Of a DNA stretch of 64,000 bases, positions 41,013 through 51,568 are shown one piece after another. The first letter of the stretch is position 1, and the number at the start of each line of letters is the position of its first letter. Source of the stretch: Candidatus Eiseniibacteriota bacterium (lineage in GTDB: Bacteria; Eisenbacteria; RBG-16-71-46); NCBI GenBank assembly GCA_963717505.1, contig OY970342.1, positions 3,488,001 through 3,552,000 of the forward strand, in the 5' to 3' direction. The notes below the pieces were generated by a model. That model searched no databases. It was not told where the DNA came from and saw only the letters and a program-made list of their open reading frames with translations. The translations under genes were made by a program, and so were the position numbers.

Positions 41013-42188
41013 ATGTCACTGCTCAAGGACGGCCTGCCCCCCGAATGGACCGCGGGGGACCCTGAGCACCTGTTGCCGGACTGGTCGACGCGAGTCGCGG
41101 AGTTGGCCGCGATCGACTCCGAGGTCGCGAACGCCACCACACTTTACGGGGGCGCCATCGCCGGCGCCCCGGACCCGGCAGCACTGGTGCTGCGTCACGC
41201 GACAGCACTCGGGCGCGAGCGCGGGGCCCTGACTCACGCGCTGGCCGAGCTGCCGAGCCTCGCGATCGAGCAACGCCGGGTCCGCGGCCGTTCGCTCAAT
41301 CTCGCCAAGCGCCTGCTCGAGGACCTCGAGCGCGCCAAGCGCGCCGACCTGGCGCGCGCCGCCGAAGCCCGAGACGTGGTCGACGTCACCGTCCCCGGCC
41401 GCCGCCCGTGGGTCGGCCGCCGCCACGTGCTGCTCCAGATCTTCGACGAGCTGCTCGATCTGTTCCACGGCCTCGGCTACTCGGTGTACACGAGCCCCGA
41501 AGTCGAGAGCGACGCCTTGAACTTCGGCAAGCTCAATTTCCCGCCCGATCATCCGGCGCGCGACGCGCACGACACGTACTTCGTGGCGCCGCCCCCGGGT
41601 AGCGCGGCGCCGGTCGCGGGAGAGGAGCTGCTGCTCCGCACCCACACTTCGCCCGGCTGGGTGCGCGCGATGCAGGAGCGCAAGCCGCCGCTTCGACTGG
41701 TGTTCCCCGGCCGCGTGTTTCGCGCCGAGCAGATCGACGCCAGCCACATGGATCAGTTCCACCAGATCGACGGGCTCTACGTGGATCGCAACGTCAGCAT
41801 GGCGGACCTCAAGGCCACGCTGAACACCTTCGCGCGCTCGATCTACGGCGCCGAGGTGCGCACGCGGCTGATTCCCATCTACTTCCCGTTCGTCGAGCCG
41901 GGTGCTCAGCTCGACGTCTCGTGCGTGATCTGCGGCGGCGGGGGCGTGGTGCGCGACGCCGCCGGCGAGCGGCGTTGCTCGGTGTGCAAGGGCTCGGGCT
42001 GGCTCGAGGTACTCGGCGCCGGCATGGTGCACCCGAACGTGTTCCGTGCGGTCGGCTACGACCCCGAGCAGGTCACCGGCTTCGCCTTCGGGATGGGCAT
42101 CGAACGGATCGCGATGCTGCGCCACGGCATCCCCGAGATCCGCTTGTTCCTCGAGAACGACGTTCGCTTCCTCGGGCAGTTCGCATGA
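41013..42188 (+). CDS. pheS: Phenylalanyl-tRNA synthetase alpha subunit
   Basis: HPARDAHDT, LLRTHTSP, FHQIDG, YFPFVEP, GAGMVHP and FAFGMGIERIAM. Confidence 0.96.
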   Translation: MSLLKDGLPPEWTAGDPEHLLPDWSTRVAELAAIDSEVANATTLYGGAIAGAPDPAALVLRHATALGRERGALTHALAELPSLAIEQRRVRGRSLNLAKRLLEDLERAKRADLARAAEARDVVDVTVPGRRPWVGRRHVLLQIFDELLDLFHGLGYSVYTSPEVESDALNFGKLNFPPDHPARDAHDTYFVAPPPGSAAPVAGEELLLRTHTSPGWVRAMQERKPPLRLVFPGRVFRAEQIDASHMDQFHQIDGLYVDRNVSMADLKATLNTFARSIYGAEVRTRLIPIYFPFVEPGAQLDVSCVICGGGGVVRDAAGERRCSVCKGSGWLEVLGAGMVHPNVFRAVGYDPEQVTGFAFGMGIERIAMLRHGIPEIRLFLENDVRFLGQFA

Positions 42189-44641
42189 AGCTGCCGCTCT
42201 CCTGGCTCCGCGACTGGATCGAGGTCGACGCCGACGCCCCGGCGATCGCCGCGGCCCTGACCCGCCGCGGCTTCTACGTCGAGGGCGTCGAGACCCGCGG
42301 CACGACCTTCACCGGCGTGGTGGTCGCGCGCGTGCTCGACGTCCAGCGCCACCCGAACGCCGACAAGCTGACGCTGTGCCGGGTCGACGGCGGCGCCGGC
42401 GAGCTGAGCGTGGTGTGCGGTGCACCCAACGTGCGCGCCGGAATGATCGTGCCGCTGGCCACGGTCGGCGCCAAGTTGCCGGGCGGGGTCACGATCAAGC
42501 GCTCGAAGATCCGGGGCGAGGAAAGCCAGGGCATGCTGTGCTCGGCCCGCGAGCTCGAGCTGTCGGACGACCACGAGGGCATCGTCGACCTCGAGCGCTG
42601 GCTCGGGGCTCAGGGTCGCTCGGCCGACGGCAAGTCACTGACTCCGGGCCGCCGATTCGAAGAGCTGCTGGCGCCGCCCGAGACCGTGATCGACATCGAG
42701 ATCCCGTTCAATCGCCCGGACGGCATGGGCGTGGTCGGTCTGGCGCGCGAGATCAAAGCTGCCTTCGGCGGTCGTTGGACCCCGAAGGCGCAAGCACGGC
42801 TCGACGCGCGCTACGAAGGCGCCGGCGGGTTCGACCTCGAGGTCGAGGACACCGAAGGCTGCCCGCACTACCTGGCGCGCATCGTCATCAACGTGGTGGT
42901 CGCCGCTTCGCCGCCGTGGCTGGTCCAGCGGCTCGAGGCGATCGGCCAGCGATCGATCAACAACGTCGTCGACCTCACCAATCTGGTGCTGTTCGAGTTC
43001 GGCCAGCCGCTGCACGCCTTCGACCTGGATCGACTCAAGGGGCTCGCGATCCGCGTGCGCCGGGCGCGGGCGGGGGAGGTCATCACCACACTCGATGGCC
43101 GCGAGCGCGCACTCGACCCCGAGGTCCTGGTGATCGCTGACCGCGAGGCGCCGGTGGCGATTGCCGGCATCATGGGCGGGGCCCACAGCGAAGTCCACGA
43201 CGGCACCAAGCGGCTGCTGCTCGAGTGCGCGTGGTTCGACCCGCGCCGGGTGCGCCGCGGTTCGCGCGCCCTGGGCCTGTCGACCGATGCTTCCAAGCGA
43301 TTCGAGCGTGGGGTCGATCCCGAGGTCGGCCCGACCGCGACCCGGCGCTTCCTGGACCTGCTCGCCGAGCTCTCGCCCAAGTCCAAAGCCGGCCCCGGGC
43401 GCGAGCGGGGTGCGGCCTCGCCCGCGGCGCCGATGATTCGGCTGCGCGCCGCGCGATGCACGCGACTGATCGGACGCGAGGTGTCGGAGGCCGACGCGCG
43501 ACGTCATCTCGAGGACCTCGAGTTCCGCGTCCAGGGTGGCGATCCGCTCGAAGTCACCGTGCCGGGCTGGCGGCGCGACGTCGCGATCGAGGACGACCTG
43601 GTCGAGGAGGTCGCGCGCTCGATGGGCTACGACTCGATCCCCGAGGCCCCGCTCGAAACCGGCGGTGTCCACGCGCTCCGCACGCCGGTGGAGCGGCGCC
43701 GCGAACAGGCCCGGCGTGCGATGCTCGCGCGCGGACTGATGGAAGCCTGCACCAGCTCCCTGGTCTCCGAAGTCGAGGCCGAGGCGACGGCTCGGCTGAT
43801 CGGTGTCGATCCTTCGCGTTGTGTGCGGCTCTCGAACCCGATGAGCCGCGAGCACGAGGTGCTGAGGCCGACGCCGCTCGCAGGACTGCTGCGCGCCGGC
43901 GCGCACAACCTGCGTCAGGGTGCTGCCGCGGTCCGGCTGTTCGAGATTGGCACCGGTTTCTCATGGCCGGGTCCGAAGGAAGCGGCGAGCGGCGCCGAAC
44001 GACGGCCGGTCGAGACCGCGTACGTTGCGGCACTGGTCAGCGGGCCGCGCTATGCCCACGCTCACGACCAGGCTCAGCGCCCGGTCGACTTCGAGGACGC
44101 CAAGGGACTGTGGGAGTCGTTCCTCGAGGAGATGGGCGTTGACGCTCCCGAGTGGCGGGCGTACTCTGCCGACGGCTGGAAACCCGGTGCCAGTGCTGAA
44201 GTTGCGCGTGCGGCTTCAACCATTGGATGGGCCGGAACCCTGGGCCAGGCGGTGCTCGGCCAATGGGAAATCGAGCAGCCGGTTCACGTGTTCGTGGCGA
44301 TGCTCGACGCCCTGGCGCCTGCCGGTGCGGCCCGAAAAGTCTGGCTCCCAGGCCGTTACCCGCCGGTCCGCCGCGACGTCGCGTTCCACGTCCCGGCGGC
44401 CGTCACCCACGACCGAATCGATCGGGTCCTCCGGTCGGCCGCGGGCGAACGATTGGTCGCCATCGAGCTGTTCGACGTGTACGCTGGACCCGGCACACCG
44501 GAGGGAATGAAGAGCCTGGCATTCGCGCTCCAGTTCCAGCATCCGGAACGCACGATGAACGAGGAAGAAGTTCAGTCGATTCAGGACCACATGGCCGCGG
44601 CGGTCGCGAAGGAATGCGGCGGCCGATTGAGAGACCGATGA
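42185..44641 (+). CDS. pheT: Phenylalanyl-tRNA synthetase beta subunit
   Basis: MKLPLSWLRDWI, HPNADKL, CGAPN, GQPLHAFD, RFERGVD and DLVEEVAR. ATGA overlap with pheS. Confidence 0.96.
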   Translation: MKLPLSWLRDWIEVDADAPAIAAALTRRGFYVEGVETRGTTFTGVVVARVLDVQRHPNADKLTLCRVDGGAGELSVVCGAPNVRAGMIVPLATVGAKLPGGVTIKRSKIRGEESQGMLCSARELELSDDHEGIVDLERWLGAQGRSADGKSLTPGRRFEELLAPPETVIDIEIPFNRPDGMGVVGLAREIKAAFGGRWTPKAQARLDARYEGAGGFDLEVEDTEGCPHYLARIVINVVVAASPPWLVQRLEAIGQRSINNVVDLTNLVLFEFGQPLHAFDLDRLKGLAIRVRRARAGEVITTLDGRERALDPEVLVIADREAPVAIAGIMGGAHSEVHDGTKRLLLECAWFDPRRVRRGSRALGLSTDASKRFERGVDPEVGPTATRRFLDLLAELSPKSKAGPGRERGAASPAAPMIRLRAARCTRLIGREVSEADARRHLEDLEFRVQGGDPLEVTVPGWRRDVAIEDDLVEEVARSMGYDSIPEAPLETGGVHALRTPVERRREQARRAMLARGLMEACTSSLVSEVEAEATARLIGVDPSRCVRLSNPMSREHEVLRPTPLAGLLRAGAHNLRQGAAAVRLFEIGTGFSWPGPKEAASGAERRPVETAYVAALVSGPRYAHAHDQAQRPVDFEDAKGLWESFLEEMGVDAPEWRAYSADGWKPGASAEVARAASTIGWAGTLGQAVLGQWEIEQPVHVFVAMLDALAPAGAARKVWLPGRYPPVRRDVAFHVPAAVTHDRIDRVLRSAAGERLVAIELFDVYAGPGTPEGMKSLAFALQFQHPERTMNEEEVQSIQDHMAAAVAKECGGRLRDR

Positions 44642-44937
44642 CCCTCGACATGACAGTCATGCAGTCCGACCTCGACCGGCTCGCCGAGCGGGTCGAGAAG
44701 GCGGCTGAGTTGGTGCACCGGTTGCGCGACGAGCAGCAGAAGCTGCTGCGCGAGCGCGCCGAGTTGGCTCAGCGGTTGGAGGAAACGGAGCGCAAGCTCC
44801 AAGGTCAGGACGTGGCGGCGCTGGTGCAGGAGCTGGCGACGTTGCGCCGTGAACAGAAGGATTGGCAGACGGAACGTCGTGATGTGGCCTCGCGCGTCGA
44901 GGGCATGCTGCGCAAGCTCGAGAAGCTCGAGGCATAG
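44638..44937 (+). CDS. Coiled-coil protein, ZapB-like
   Basis: 99-aa heptad-rich ORF between pheT and zapA, with an ATGA overlap. Confidence 0.7.
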   Translation: MTLDMTVMQSDLDRLAERVEKAAELVHRLRDEQQKLLRERAELAQRLEETERKLQGQDVAALVQELATLRREQKDWQTERRDVASRVEGMLRKLEKLEA

Positions 44938-45044
44938 AACGGCCGGGCTGCGGGGCGCGGGGTGACCCGTGACACCGCGGACGGCATGCAACATACCGAT
45001 CGAGACCAGAGCGCAGGAAAACGGAACGGCAAGATGGAGGCGCC

Positions 45045-45356
45045 ATGGTCGCCAAAAACGTCGTCCAGGTAGAGATCTTCGGACATTCCTATACCATCCG
45101 CGGTGAAGCCCAGCAGGAGTACATCCTGGACGTCGCCGCCTACGTGGACCGCAAGATGCGTGAGATCACCGAGAAACTGCCGGTGGCCTCGCTGTCGAAG
45201 GTGGCGATCCTCGCGTCTCTCAATATTGCAGATGAGTTGTTCAAGGAGCGTACCCGGCGCGAGAACGAGGAGCGCGATCTGCGCGACTGGAGCTCGCGGA
45301 CGGCCAAGCTCACCGCGGTCCTGGATGAAGCCCTCCAGACCGGCGGTCCGGCCTGA
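45045..45356 (+). CDS. zapA: Cell division protein ZapA
   Basis: VEIFGHSYTI, AAYVDRKMREI and AILASLNIADEL. Confidence 0.92.
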   Translation: MVAKNVVQVEIFGHSYTIRGEAQQEYILDVAAYVDRKMREITEKLPVASLSKVAILASLNIADELFKERTRRENEERDLRDWSSRTAKLTAVLDEALQTGGPA

Positions 45357-45384
45357 AAGGCGGCGCGACGACTCATCCTCCGAG

Positions 45385-45600
45385 TCCCTGCCGAGTTCGT
45401 GATGTCCAGGTGTTCTTGAACCAACACTTTCATTCAGGGCGTTTCGGTGGCTGGCAACGCCACGCTCCTAACCCGCGAAGTCCCGATCGGCGTCTCGCGC
45501 CGTAGGGAACCGCGGATCGGAGATCGCAGACCCGGTCGAAGACACGCCCACCTGGTTCGCCAGGTCTCAAGAACACGATAGGCACACGGCTCGGCGGGGT
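45385..45600 (+). ncRNA. ssrS: 6S RNA
   Basis: Typical zapA-rny position. The ends pair (CCCTGCCGAG with CTCGGCGGGG, GTGTTCTTGA with TCAAGAACAC) around a central bubble. Confidence 0.8.
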
Positions 45601-45656
45601 CCTTTTCCCGCCTCTGGCTCCGGCGCGATGCGAGTCGCGCCGGAACGGAGGGGAAC

Positions 45657-47216
45657 GTGGACCTCACCATCATCGGCGGCGTCGCCTTCGGCGCCGTCGT
45701 GGTCTTTGCCGCGGGCTATTTGTTCCGTGCCCAGCTCGGGCGCACCCGCGTCCAGGGCTCGGAGCGCCGAGCCGCCACCGTCCTCGAAGACGCCGCGCGC
45801 GAGTCCGACTCGCTGAAGCGCAATGCCGTGCTCGAGGGCCGCGAGGAAGCCCTTCGCCTCAAGCAACAGGTCGAGCGCGAGATGCTCCAGGCGCGCAACA
45901 CCCAGCTCGCCGCCGAGCGCGCGTTCCAGGAGAAAGAAGCCGCCTTCGGCCGCCGGGTCGAGCTGATCGAGAAGATGGACCGCGATCTGAAGCGGCTCGA
46001 CAACGACCTCGGCCAGCGCGAGCGCGCGGTGGCCGCGCGCGGGGAAGAGCTGGACCGCATGCTCGGCGAGGAAAAGGTCCGGCTCGAGCGCATCGCTGGG
46101 ATGAGCGCCGATGAGGCGCGCGCGCAGCTGGTCGGCGCGATCGAGAGCGAAGCGCGGGCCGAGGCCGCCCGGCGCGTGACCGAGATCCGCGACGCCGCCC
46201 AGCGCGACGGCGAGCGTGAGGCGCGCAAGATCATCGTGCTCGCCATGCAGCGTTACGCCGCCGACCACGTGTCCGACCATTCGGTCTCGGTCGTCCACCT
46301 GCCGAGCGACGACATGAAGGGCCGGATCATCGGCCGCGAGGGTCGCAACATCCGGTCGTTCGAGATCATCACCGGCGTCGACGTCATCATCGACGACACT
46401 CCCGAGGCGGTGATCCTGTCCGGCTTCGACCCGGTGCGGCGCGAAGTCGCGCGCCTGGCGCTCGAGCGGCTGGTCGCCGACGGTCGCATCCATCCGGCGC
46501 GGATCGAGGAAGTCGTCGCCAAGGTGCAGACCGAGGTCGAGGCCAAGATCCGCGAGCTGGGCGAGATGGCGTGCCTCGAAGCCGGCGTGCACGGCATCCA
46601 CCCCGAGCTCCAGAATCTGCTCGGCCGACTCCAGTACCGGACCTCGTATGGGCAGAACATCCTGCGCCACTCGATCGAGGTCGCGCGGCTGGCCGGCATG
46701 ATGGCGGCCGAGATCGGCATGGACGAGAAGACCGCGCGGCGCGGCGGCCTGCTGCACGATATCGGCAAGGCGATCGACCACGACCACGAAGGCAGTCATC
46801 CGGCGCTCGGCATGGAGGTCGCGCAGCGCTACGGCGAGCCGCAGGCGGTGCTCGAGGCGATCGGCTACCACCACGACGACTACGCTGGCGGCAGCCTGTG
46901 GCCGGTCCTGATCTCGGCCGCCGACGCGATCTCGGGTGCCCGGCCCGGGGCGCGTCGCGAGAGCCTCGAGGTCTACATCAAGCGACTCGAAGCACTCGAG
47001 AAGATCGCGAGCGGCTTCGCCGGGGTCGAGAAGTCGTACGCGATCCAGGCCGGGCGCGAGGTGCGCATCATGGTCGAGCACCGGAGCGTGGACGACGCGC
47101 GCGCGCAGGGCCTCGCGGGCGAGATCGCGCGCCGGATCGAGAAAGAACTCGAATACCCGGGCCAGATCCGGGTCACGGTGATCCGCGAGACGCGCGCCGT
47201 GGACTACGCCAAGTAA
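45657..47216 (+). CDS. rny: Ribonuclease Y
   Basis: N-terminal TM, coiled coil, KH domain ([13 protein letters not shown]) and HD domain (LLHDIGKA). Confidence 0.97.
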   Translation: MDLTIIGGVAFGAVVVFAAGYLFRAQLGRTRVQGSERRAATVLEDAARESDSLKRNAVLEGREEALRLKQQVEREMLQARNTQLAAERAFQEKEAAFGRRVELIEKMDRDLKRLDNDLGQRERAVAARGEELDRMLGEEKVRLERIAGMSADEARAQLVGAIESEARAEAARRVTEIRDAAQRDGEREARKIIVLAMQRYAADHVSDHSVSVVHLPSDDMKGRIIGREGRNIRSFEIITGVDVIIDDTPEAVILSGFDPVRREVARLALERLVADGRIHPARIEEVVAKVQTEVEAKIRELGEMACLEAGVHGIHPELQNLLGRLQYRTSYGQNILRHSIEVARLAGMMAAEIGMDEKTARRGGLLHDIGKAIDHDHEGSHPALGMEVAQRYGEPQAVLEAIGYHHDDYAGGSLWPVLISAADAISGARPGARRESLEVYIKRLEALEKIASGFAGVEKSYAIQAGREVRIMVEHRSVDDARAQGLAGEIARRIEKELEYPGQIRVTVIRETRAVDYAK

Positions 47217-47224
47217 GGAACGCG

Positions 47225-48919
47225 ATGCTCCGCATACTGTTCGTCGCCGACGTCGTCGGTTCACCCGGACGCAAAGCCTTGCGCGCGCTGCTGCCCGGGC
47301 TCAAGCGCCAGCACAACGTCGACCTGGTGATCGTCAATGCCGAGAACTCCGCCGCCGGGTTCGGGCTCACGCCCGACGCCGGCGCCGAGCTGTTCGCGGC
47401 CGGCGCCGACGTGCTGACCGGTGGGAATCATCTCTGGGACAAGAAGGACAGCCACGACTACCTGGCGAGCGAGTCGCGCCTGGTGCGACCCGCCAACATG
47501 CCCGAGGGCACCCCCGGCCGCGGCTTTGCCGTGTTCCCGGCGCGCGACGGCACGCCGGTCGGCGTCGTCAACCTGCTCGGGCGGGTCTTCATGCGCGAGA
47601 TCGATTCGCCGTTCGCGGCCGCCGATCGCGCGGTGGCCGCACTCCGGGAGGAAACGCGCGTCGTGTTCGTCGACTTCCACGCCGAGACCACCGCCGAGAA
47701 GATGGCGCTCGGCTGGCATCTCGACGGCCGCGTCAGCGCCGTGGTCGGCACGCACACGCACGTTCAGACCGCCGACGAGCGCATTCTGCCGCGCGGTACC
47801 GCGTTCCTGACCGATGCCGGCATGACCGGCGGCTTCGATTCGGTGATCGGCATGGAGCGGAGCGCGGCCCTGCGCCGCTTCATCTCGCTCATGCCGGAAA
47901 GGCTGTCGCCCGCCGACGGCGATCCCCGGGTGAACGCCGTCGTGGTCACGATCGATCCGGCGAGCGGGCACGCCACGGCGATCGAGCGCATCCAGGTTTC
48001 GTACCGCCCTGGCGCTCCGACGGGCACGGCGCGTCTGCTGAGCGGCGACGAGCCGGCGCAACGGGTGCGCGATCTCGCGGCGCTCGAAGTCGCGCGGCTG
48101 CGCAACGCCGGCGTGGCGCCATGCCTGGCGTTGGTCGCGGTCGGCGAGGATCCGGCCTCCCAGGTCTACCTCAAGCGCAAGGAGAAGGCGTGCGCCGAGG
48201 CCGGGATCGCCGTGCGGCGAGTGGCGCTCGCGGCCGGCAGCGACACCCGAACGGTCGTCGATCGGGTGCGTGCACTGGGCGACGATGCCGCGGTGCACGG
48301 GATTCTGGTTCAGCTGCCACTCGCGGCCCCGGCCGACGCCCAGGCGGTGCTGGAATCGATCCCTCCGGAGAAGGACGTGGATGGATTCCATCCGGTCAAC
48401 GCCGGCCGGCTGGCGCTGGGACTGCCGTGCCTCGTGCCCGCACACGCCGCGGGCATCCTCGAGCTGCTCCGCCACCACGAGATTCCGCTGGCCGGGGCGC
48501 ACGCGGTCGTGCTCGGGCGCAGCAACATCGTCGGCCGTCCGCTGGCCACCCTGCTCTCGAGTCGCGGCGTCGACGCGACCGTGACCCTCGGCCACAGCGG
48601 GAGCGGGCCCAAGCTCGCCGAGCTGGCGCGTTCCGCCGACCTGCTGGTCGTGGCCATGGGCCGCGCCGAGTCGGTGACCGCCGACTGGGTCAAGCCCGGC
48701 GCCACGGTGGTCGACGTTGGCATCCACCGGGTACCGGACGACACGCGTCGTGGCGGCGCGCGACTGGTCGGCGACGTCGATAGTAACTCGGTGTCGCGGG
48801 TTGCGGGTGCACTGACGCCGGTGCCCGGAGGGGTGGGGCCGATGACCGTGGCCATGGTCGTTTCCAACCTGGCCCTGGCGGCTGCCCGCCAGACGGTGGG
48901 TGTCGAGGCCGCGCGATGA
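47225..48919 (+). CDS. ymdB-folD: YmdB-family (TIGR00282) metallophosphoesterase fused in frame to FolD (methylene-THF dehydrogenase/cyclohydrolase)
   Basis: N-half has ADVVG, NAENSAAG, GNHLWD, DFHAE and GTHTH. C-half has HGILVQLPL, KDVDGFHP, GRSNIVGRP, GDVD and TPVPGGVGPMT. There is no stop or start at the junction near 48000-48030. Confidence 0.85.
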   Translation: MLRILFVADVVGSPGRKALRALLPGLKRQHNVDLVIVNAENSAAGFGLTPDAGAELFAAGADVLTGGNHLWDKKDSHDYLASESRLVRPANMPEGTPGRGFAVFPARDGTPVGVVNLLGRVFMREIDSPFAAADRAVAALREETRVVFVDFHAETTAEKMALGWHLDGRVSAVVGTHTHVQTADERILPRGTAFLTDAGMTGGFDSVIGMERSAALRRFISLMPERLSPADGDPRVNAVVVTIDPASGHATAIERIQVSYRPGAPTGTARLLSGDEPAQRVRDLAALEVARLRNAGVAPCLALVAVGEDPASQVYLKRKEKACAEAGIAVRRVALAAGSDTRTVVDRVRALGDDAAVHGILVQLPLAAPADAQAVLESIPPEKDVDGFHPVNAGRLALGLPCLVPAHAAGILELLRHHEIPLAGAHAVVLGRSNIVGRPLATLLSSRGVDATVTLGHSGSGPKLAELARSADLLVVAMGRAESVTADWVKPGATVVDVGIHRVPDDTRRGGARLVGDVDSNSVSRVAGALTPVPGGVGPMTVAMVVSNLALAAARQTVGVEAAR

Positions 48920-50280
48920 CCGTGAGCCCCGCGACCACCGACCGCATGCTCTCGGTGCTCGAGTTGACCCGGATGATCAAGGGCACGCTCGAGGGCGAGT
49001 ACTCGAACCTGTGGGTGCGAGGCGAGCTGTCGAACCTCAAGCGTCACCAGAACGGCCACATCTATTTCAGCCTCAAGGAAGGAACGGCGGCGGTACTGCC
49101 GTGCGCCCTGTTCCGCCGCGAAGCCCAATCCCTCGGGTTCGAGCCGTCCGAGGGCGCCGAAGTCGAGGCGTTCGGCGAGATCTCGGTGTGGGAGCCACGC
49201 GGGGCCTACCAGTTCATCGTCCGCCAGATGCGCCCGGCCGGGCTCGGCGCGCTGCTCATCGAATTCGAGAAGCTGAAGCAGCGGCTGGCGGCCGAGGGTC
49301 TGTTCGAGGTCTCGCGCAAACGACCGTTGCCGCGATTTCCGCGCCGCGTCGGTCTCGTGACCTCGCCGGTCGGCGCCGCGGTGCGCGACATGGTCAAGGT
49401 GCTGCACGACCGCTGGCCGGCGTTGGGCATCGTGTTGGCGCCGGTGCGGGTCCAGGGCGAGGGTGCGGCCGAGGAGATCGCGACCGCGATCGAGCGCTTC
49501 AACCGCTACGGTCAGGTCGACGTGCTGATCGTCGGCCGCGGGGGCGGCTCGATCGAGGACCTGTGGGCGTTCAACGAGGAGCGCGTGGTGCGCGCGATCG
49601 CCGCGTCTGAGATTCCGGTGGTCTCGGCGGTCGGTCACGAAACCGACATCACGCTCGCCGACCTGGTCGCCGACGTTCGCGCGGCGACCCCGTCGAACGC
49701 CGCCGAGATCGTGGCGCCGCGCGCCGCCGATCTCTTGATCCAGGTCGCCGAGCGTGACGCTCGGGTGCGCCGCGGCATGCGCGCGGCCCTCGATGAGCGC
49801 GCGCGGCGCGTGCGCGAGCTGACCGAGAAGCACGGCTTCCGCCGCATTCACGACCTGTTCGGCTTCTGGCAGAAGGATCTGGCCGACCTGTTCGAGCGCC
49901 TGGCCAGCGCCTGGAACGCGCGGCTCCATTCGACCCGCCACCGACTGCTGCGCTTCAGCGACAGCTTCGTCCTGCGCGACTGGCCGCGGACCCTGACGCA
50001 CCGCCACGCCGAGATCGTGCGGCTGGCCGCCGGGCTCGGCCGGGCGCACGCCCGCGGTTTCGAGGATCGCCGCCGCCGAAACGCCGCGCTCGCCGATCGC
50101 CTGCGCGCACTGTCGCCGCGGCTGGTGCTCGAGCGTGGCTATTGCCTGGCGCGCGCTGCCGACGGTAGTGTGCTGCGCGGGGTCGAGCGGTTGACCGCCG
50201 GCGACCGGCTCACGCTCGAATTCGCGCGCGGCGAGGCCGACGCCCGAGTCGAGACCGTGCGCCCCGCCGGAACCCCCTAG
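48916..50280 (+). CDS. xseA: Exodeoxyribonuclease VII large subunit
   Basis: GELSN, GHIYFSLK, GRGGGSIEDLWAFNEE, SAVGHETD and RAATPS. Confidence 0.96.
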   Translation: MTVSPATTDRMLSVLELTRMIKGTLEGEYSNLWVRGELSNLKRHQNGHIYFSLKEGTAAVLPCALFRREAQSLGFEPSEGAEVEAFGEISVWEPRGAYQFIVRQMRPAGLGALLIEFEKLKQRLAAEGLFEVSRKRPLPRFPRRVGLVTSPVGAAVRDMVKVLHDRWPALGIVLAPVRVQGEGAAEEIATAIERFNRYGQVDVLIVGRGGGSIEDLWAFNEERVVRAIAASEIPVVSAVGHETDITLADLVADVRAATPSNAAEIVAPRAADLLIQVAERDARVRRGMRAALDERARRVRELTEKHGFRRIHDLFGFWQKDLADLFERLASAWNARLHSTRHRLLRFSDSFVLRDWPRTLTHRHAEIVRLAAGLGRAHARGFEDRRRRNAALADRLRALSPRLVLERGYCLARAADGSVLRGVERLTAGDRLTLEFARGEADARVETVRPAGTP

Positions 50281-50294
50281 CCATCGAGGAGCCG

Positions 50295-50597
50295 ATGCCC
50301 GCGCGTAAGAGCACCGAACCGACTACCGGTGAGAGTCTCACCTTCGAGGCTGCACTCGACCGCCTGCAGACCATCGTGGGCGAGCTGGAGGGCGGCACGC
50401 TCTCACTCGAAGACTCGATCGCGCGTTATGAAGAGGGTATGAAGCTGTCGCGCCGGCTCACCGAGGAACTCGAGCGCGCCGAGAAGCGCATCGAGCGTCT
50501 GGTCCAGACCGCGAACGGCGAGCCGCGGACCCAGCCGATCGACCCCGCGAACGGACCTCGCGATCCAGACGACCGCGAGGGCGAGCTGCTGCTTTGA
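50295..50597 (+). CDS. xseB: Exodeoxyribonuclease VII small subunit
   Basis: TFEAALDRLQTIVGELEGGTLSLEDSIARYEEG. Confidence 0.93.
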   Translation: MPARKSTEPTTGESLTFEAALDRLQTIVGELEGGTLSLEDSIARYEEGMKLSRRLTEELERAEKRIERLVQTANGEPRTQPIDPANGPRDPDDREGELLL

Positions 50598-51478
50598 GCC
50601 GGGCCCGGCCCGACCGGCTGGTCTCCCTTCGAACGGCGTTCGAACGCTACTTCGCCCGCGCGCTGCCGGCGGCGACGCGCACACCCCGCCGCCTGCACAC
50701 CGCGATGCGCTACGCCGCGCTGTCGCCGGGCAAGCGATTGCGACCGCTGCTGGCGCTGACCGCGTGTCACGCGGTCGGAGGCCGGTGGCAGGACGCGCTT
50801 CCGGCTGCCGCCGCGGTCGAGATGGTGCACGCGTTCTCGCTGGTCCACGACGACCTGCCGGCGATGGACGACGACGACTACCGCCGAGGACGCCTGACCA
50901 CGCACAAGAAGTTCGGCGAGGCGCTCGGAGTGCTCGCCGGCGACGCGTTGCTGGCGCTGGCGTTCACCGAGCTGTCGCGGTTGGCAACGTCGCCGGCGCG
51001 CGTGGTTCGCGCGCACGCGGTGCTCGCGCGGGCGGCGGGCAGCGAGGAGCTGGTCGGCGGCCAGGTGCTCGATCTGGAAGCCGAGGGGCGGCGTGTTCGT
51101 GCGGCCGGCGTACGAGACATCCACCGACGGAAGACGGGAGCGCTGATGGCGGCCTCGCTGGTATTGGGCGGCTTGGCCGGCGGCGCCACGCCCGCACGCC
51201 TGGCGTCGCTCGAGCGGATCGGCCTCGATCTCGGAATGGCATTCCAAATTCACGATGATTTGCTGAACCGAAGCTCGTCGCTGCGCAAGCTCGGCAAGCG
51301 CACCGGAACCGACGAGGCGCGCGGCAAGGCGACCTATCCCCGGGCGGTGGGCGAGGAGCGGGCTCGGCGCGAGGCGGAGCGCCGCTTTCGATCGGCGCTC
51401 CGCGAAACCGTCGCACTCGGGGCCCGCTCGGGACTCCTGGAAGGATTGATCGTCGAGACCGCCGAGCGGCGGCGCTAG
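50594..51478 (+). CDS. ispA: Polyprenyl (farnesyl/geranylgeranyl) diphosphate synthase
   Basis: GKRLRP, HDDLPAMDDDDYRRG, GQVLDL, KTGAL, FQIHDD and KATYP. Confidence 0.93.
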   Translation: MSRARPDRLVSLRTAFERYFARALPAATRTPRRLHTAMRYAALSPGKRLRPLLALTACHAVGGRWQDALPAAAAVEMVHAFSLVHDDLPAMDDDDYRRGRLTTHKKFGEALGVLAGDALLALAFTELSRLATSPARVVRAHAVLARAAGSEELVGGQVLDLEAEGRRVRAAGVRDIHRRKTGALMAASLVLGGLAGGATPARLASLERIGLDLGMAFQIHDDLLNRSSSLRKLGKRTGTDEARGKATYPRAVGEERARREAERRFRSALRETVALGARSGLLEGLIVETAERRR

Positions 51479-51568
51479 ACCGAACCGGACGTGTCGTTCG
51501 TCATCCGCAGGTCGGTGTTCCCGTCCGAACCTGCCGTCACGACCAGGTTACAGTGGCTGCCAAGATGG

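Noticed and set aside
48430-48460. FolD lacking the conserved P(C/A)TPxG motif (reads VPAHAAG)
   Set aside because: Removing one base and adding one G gives PATPRG, so this is probably a compensating indel pair rather than a real substitution.
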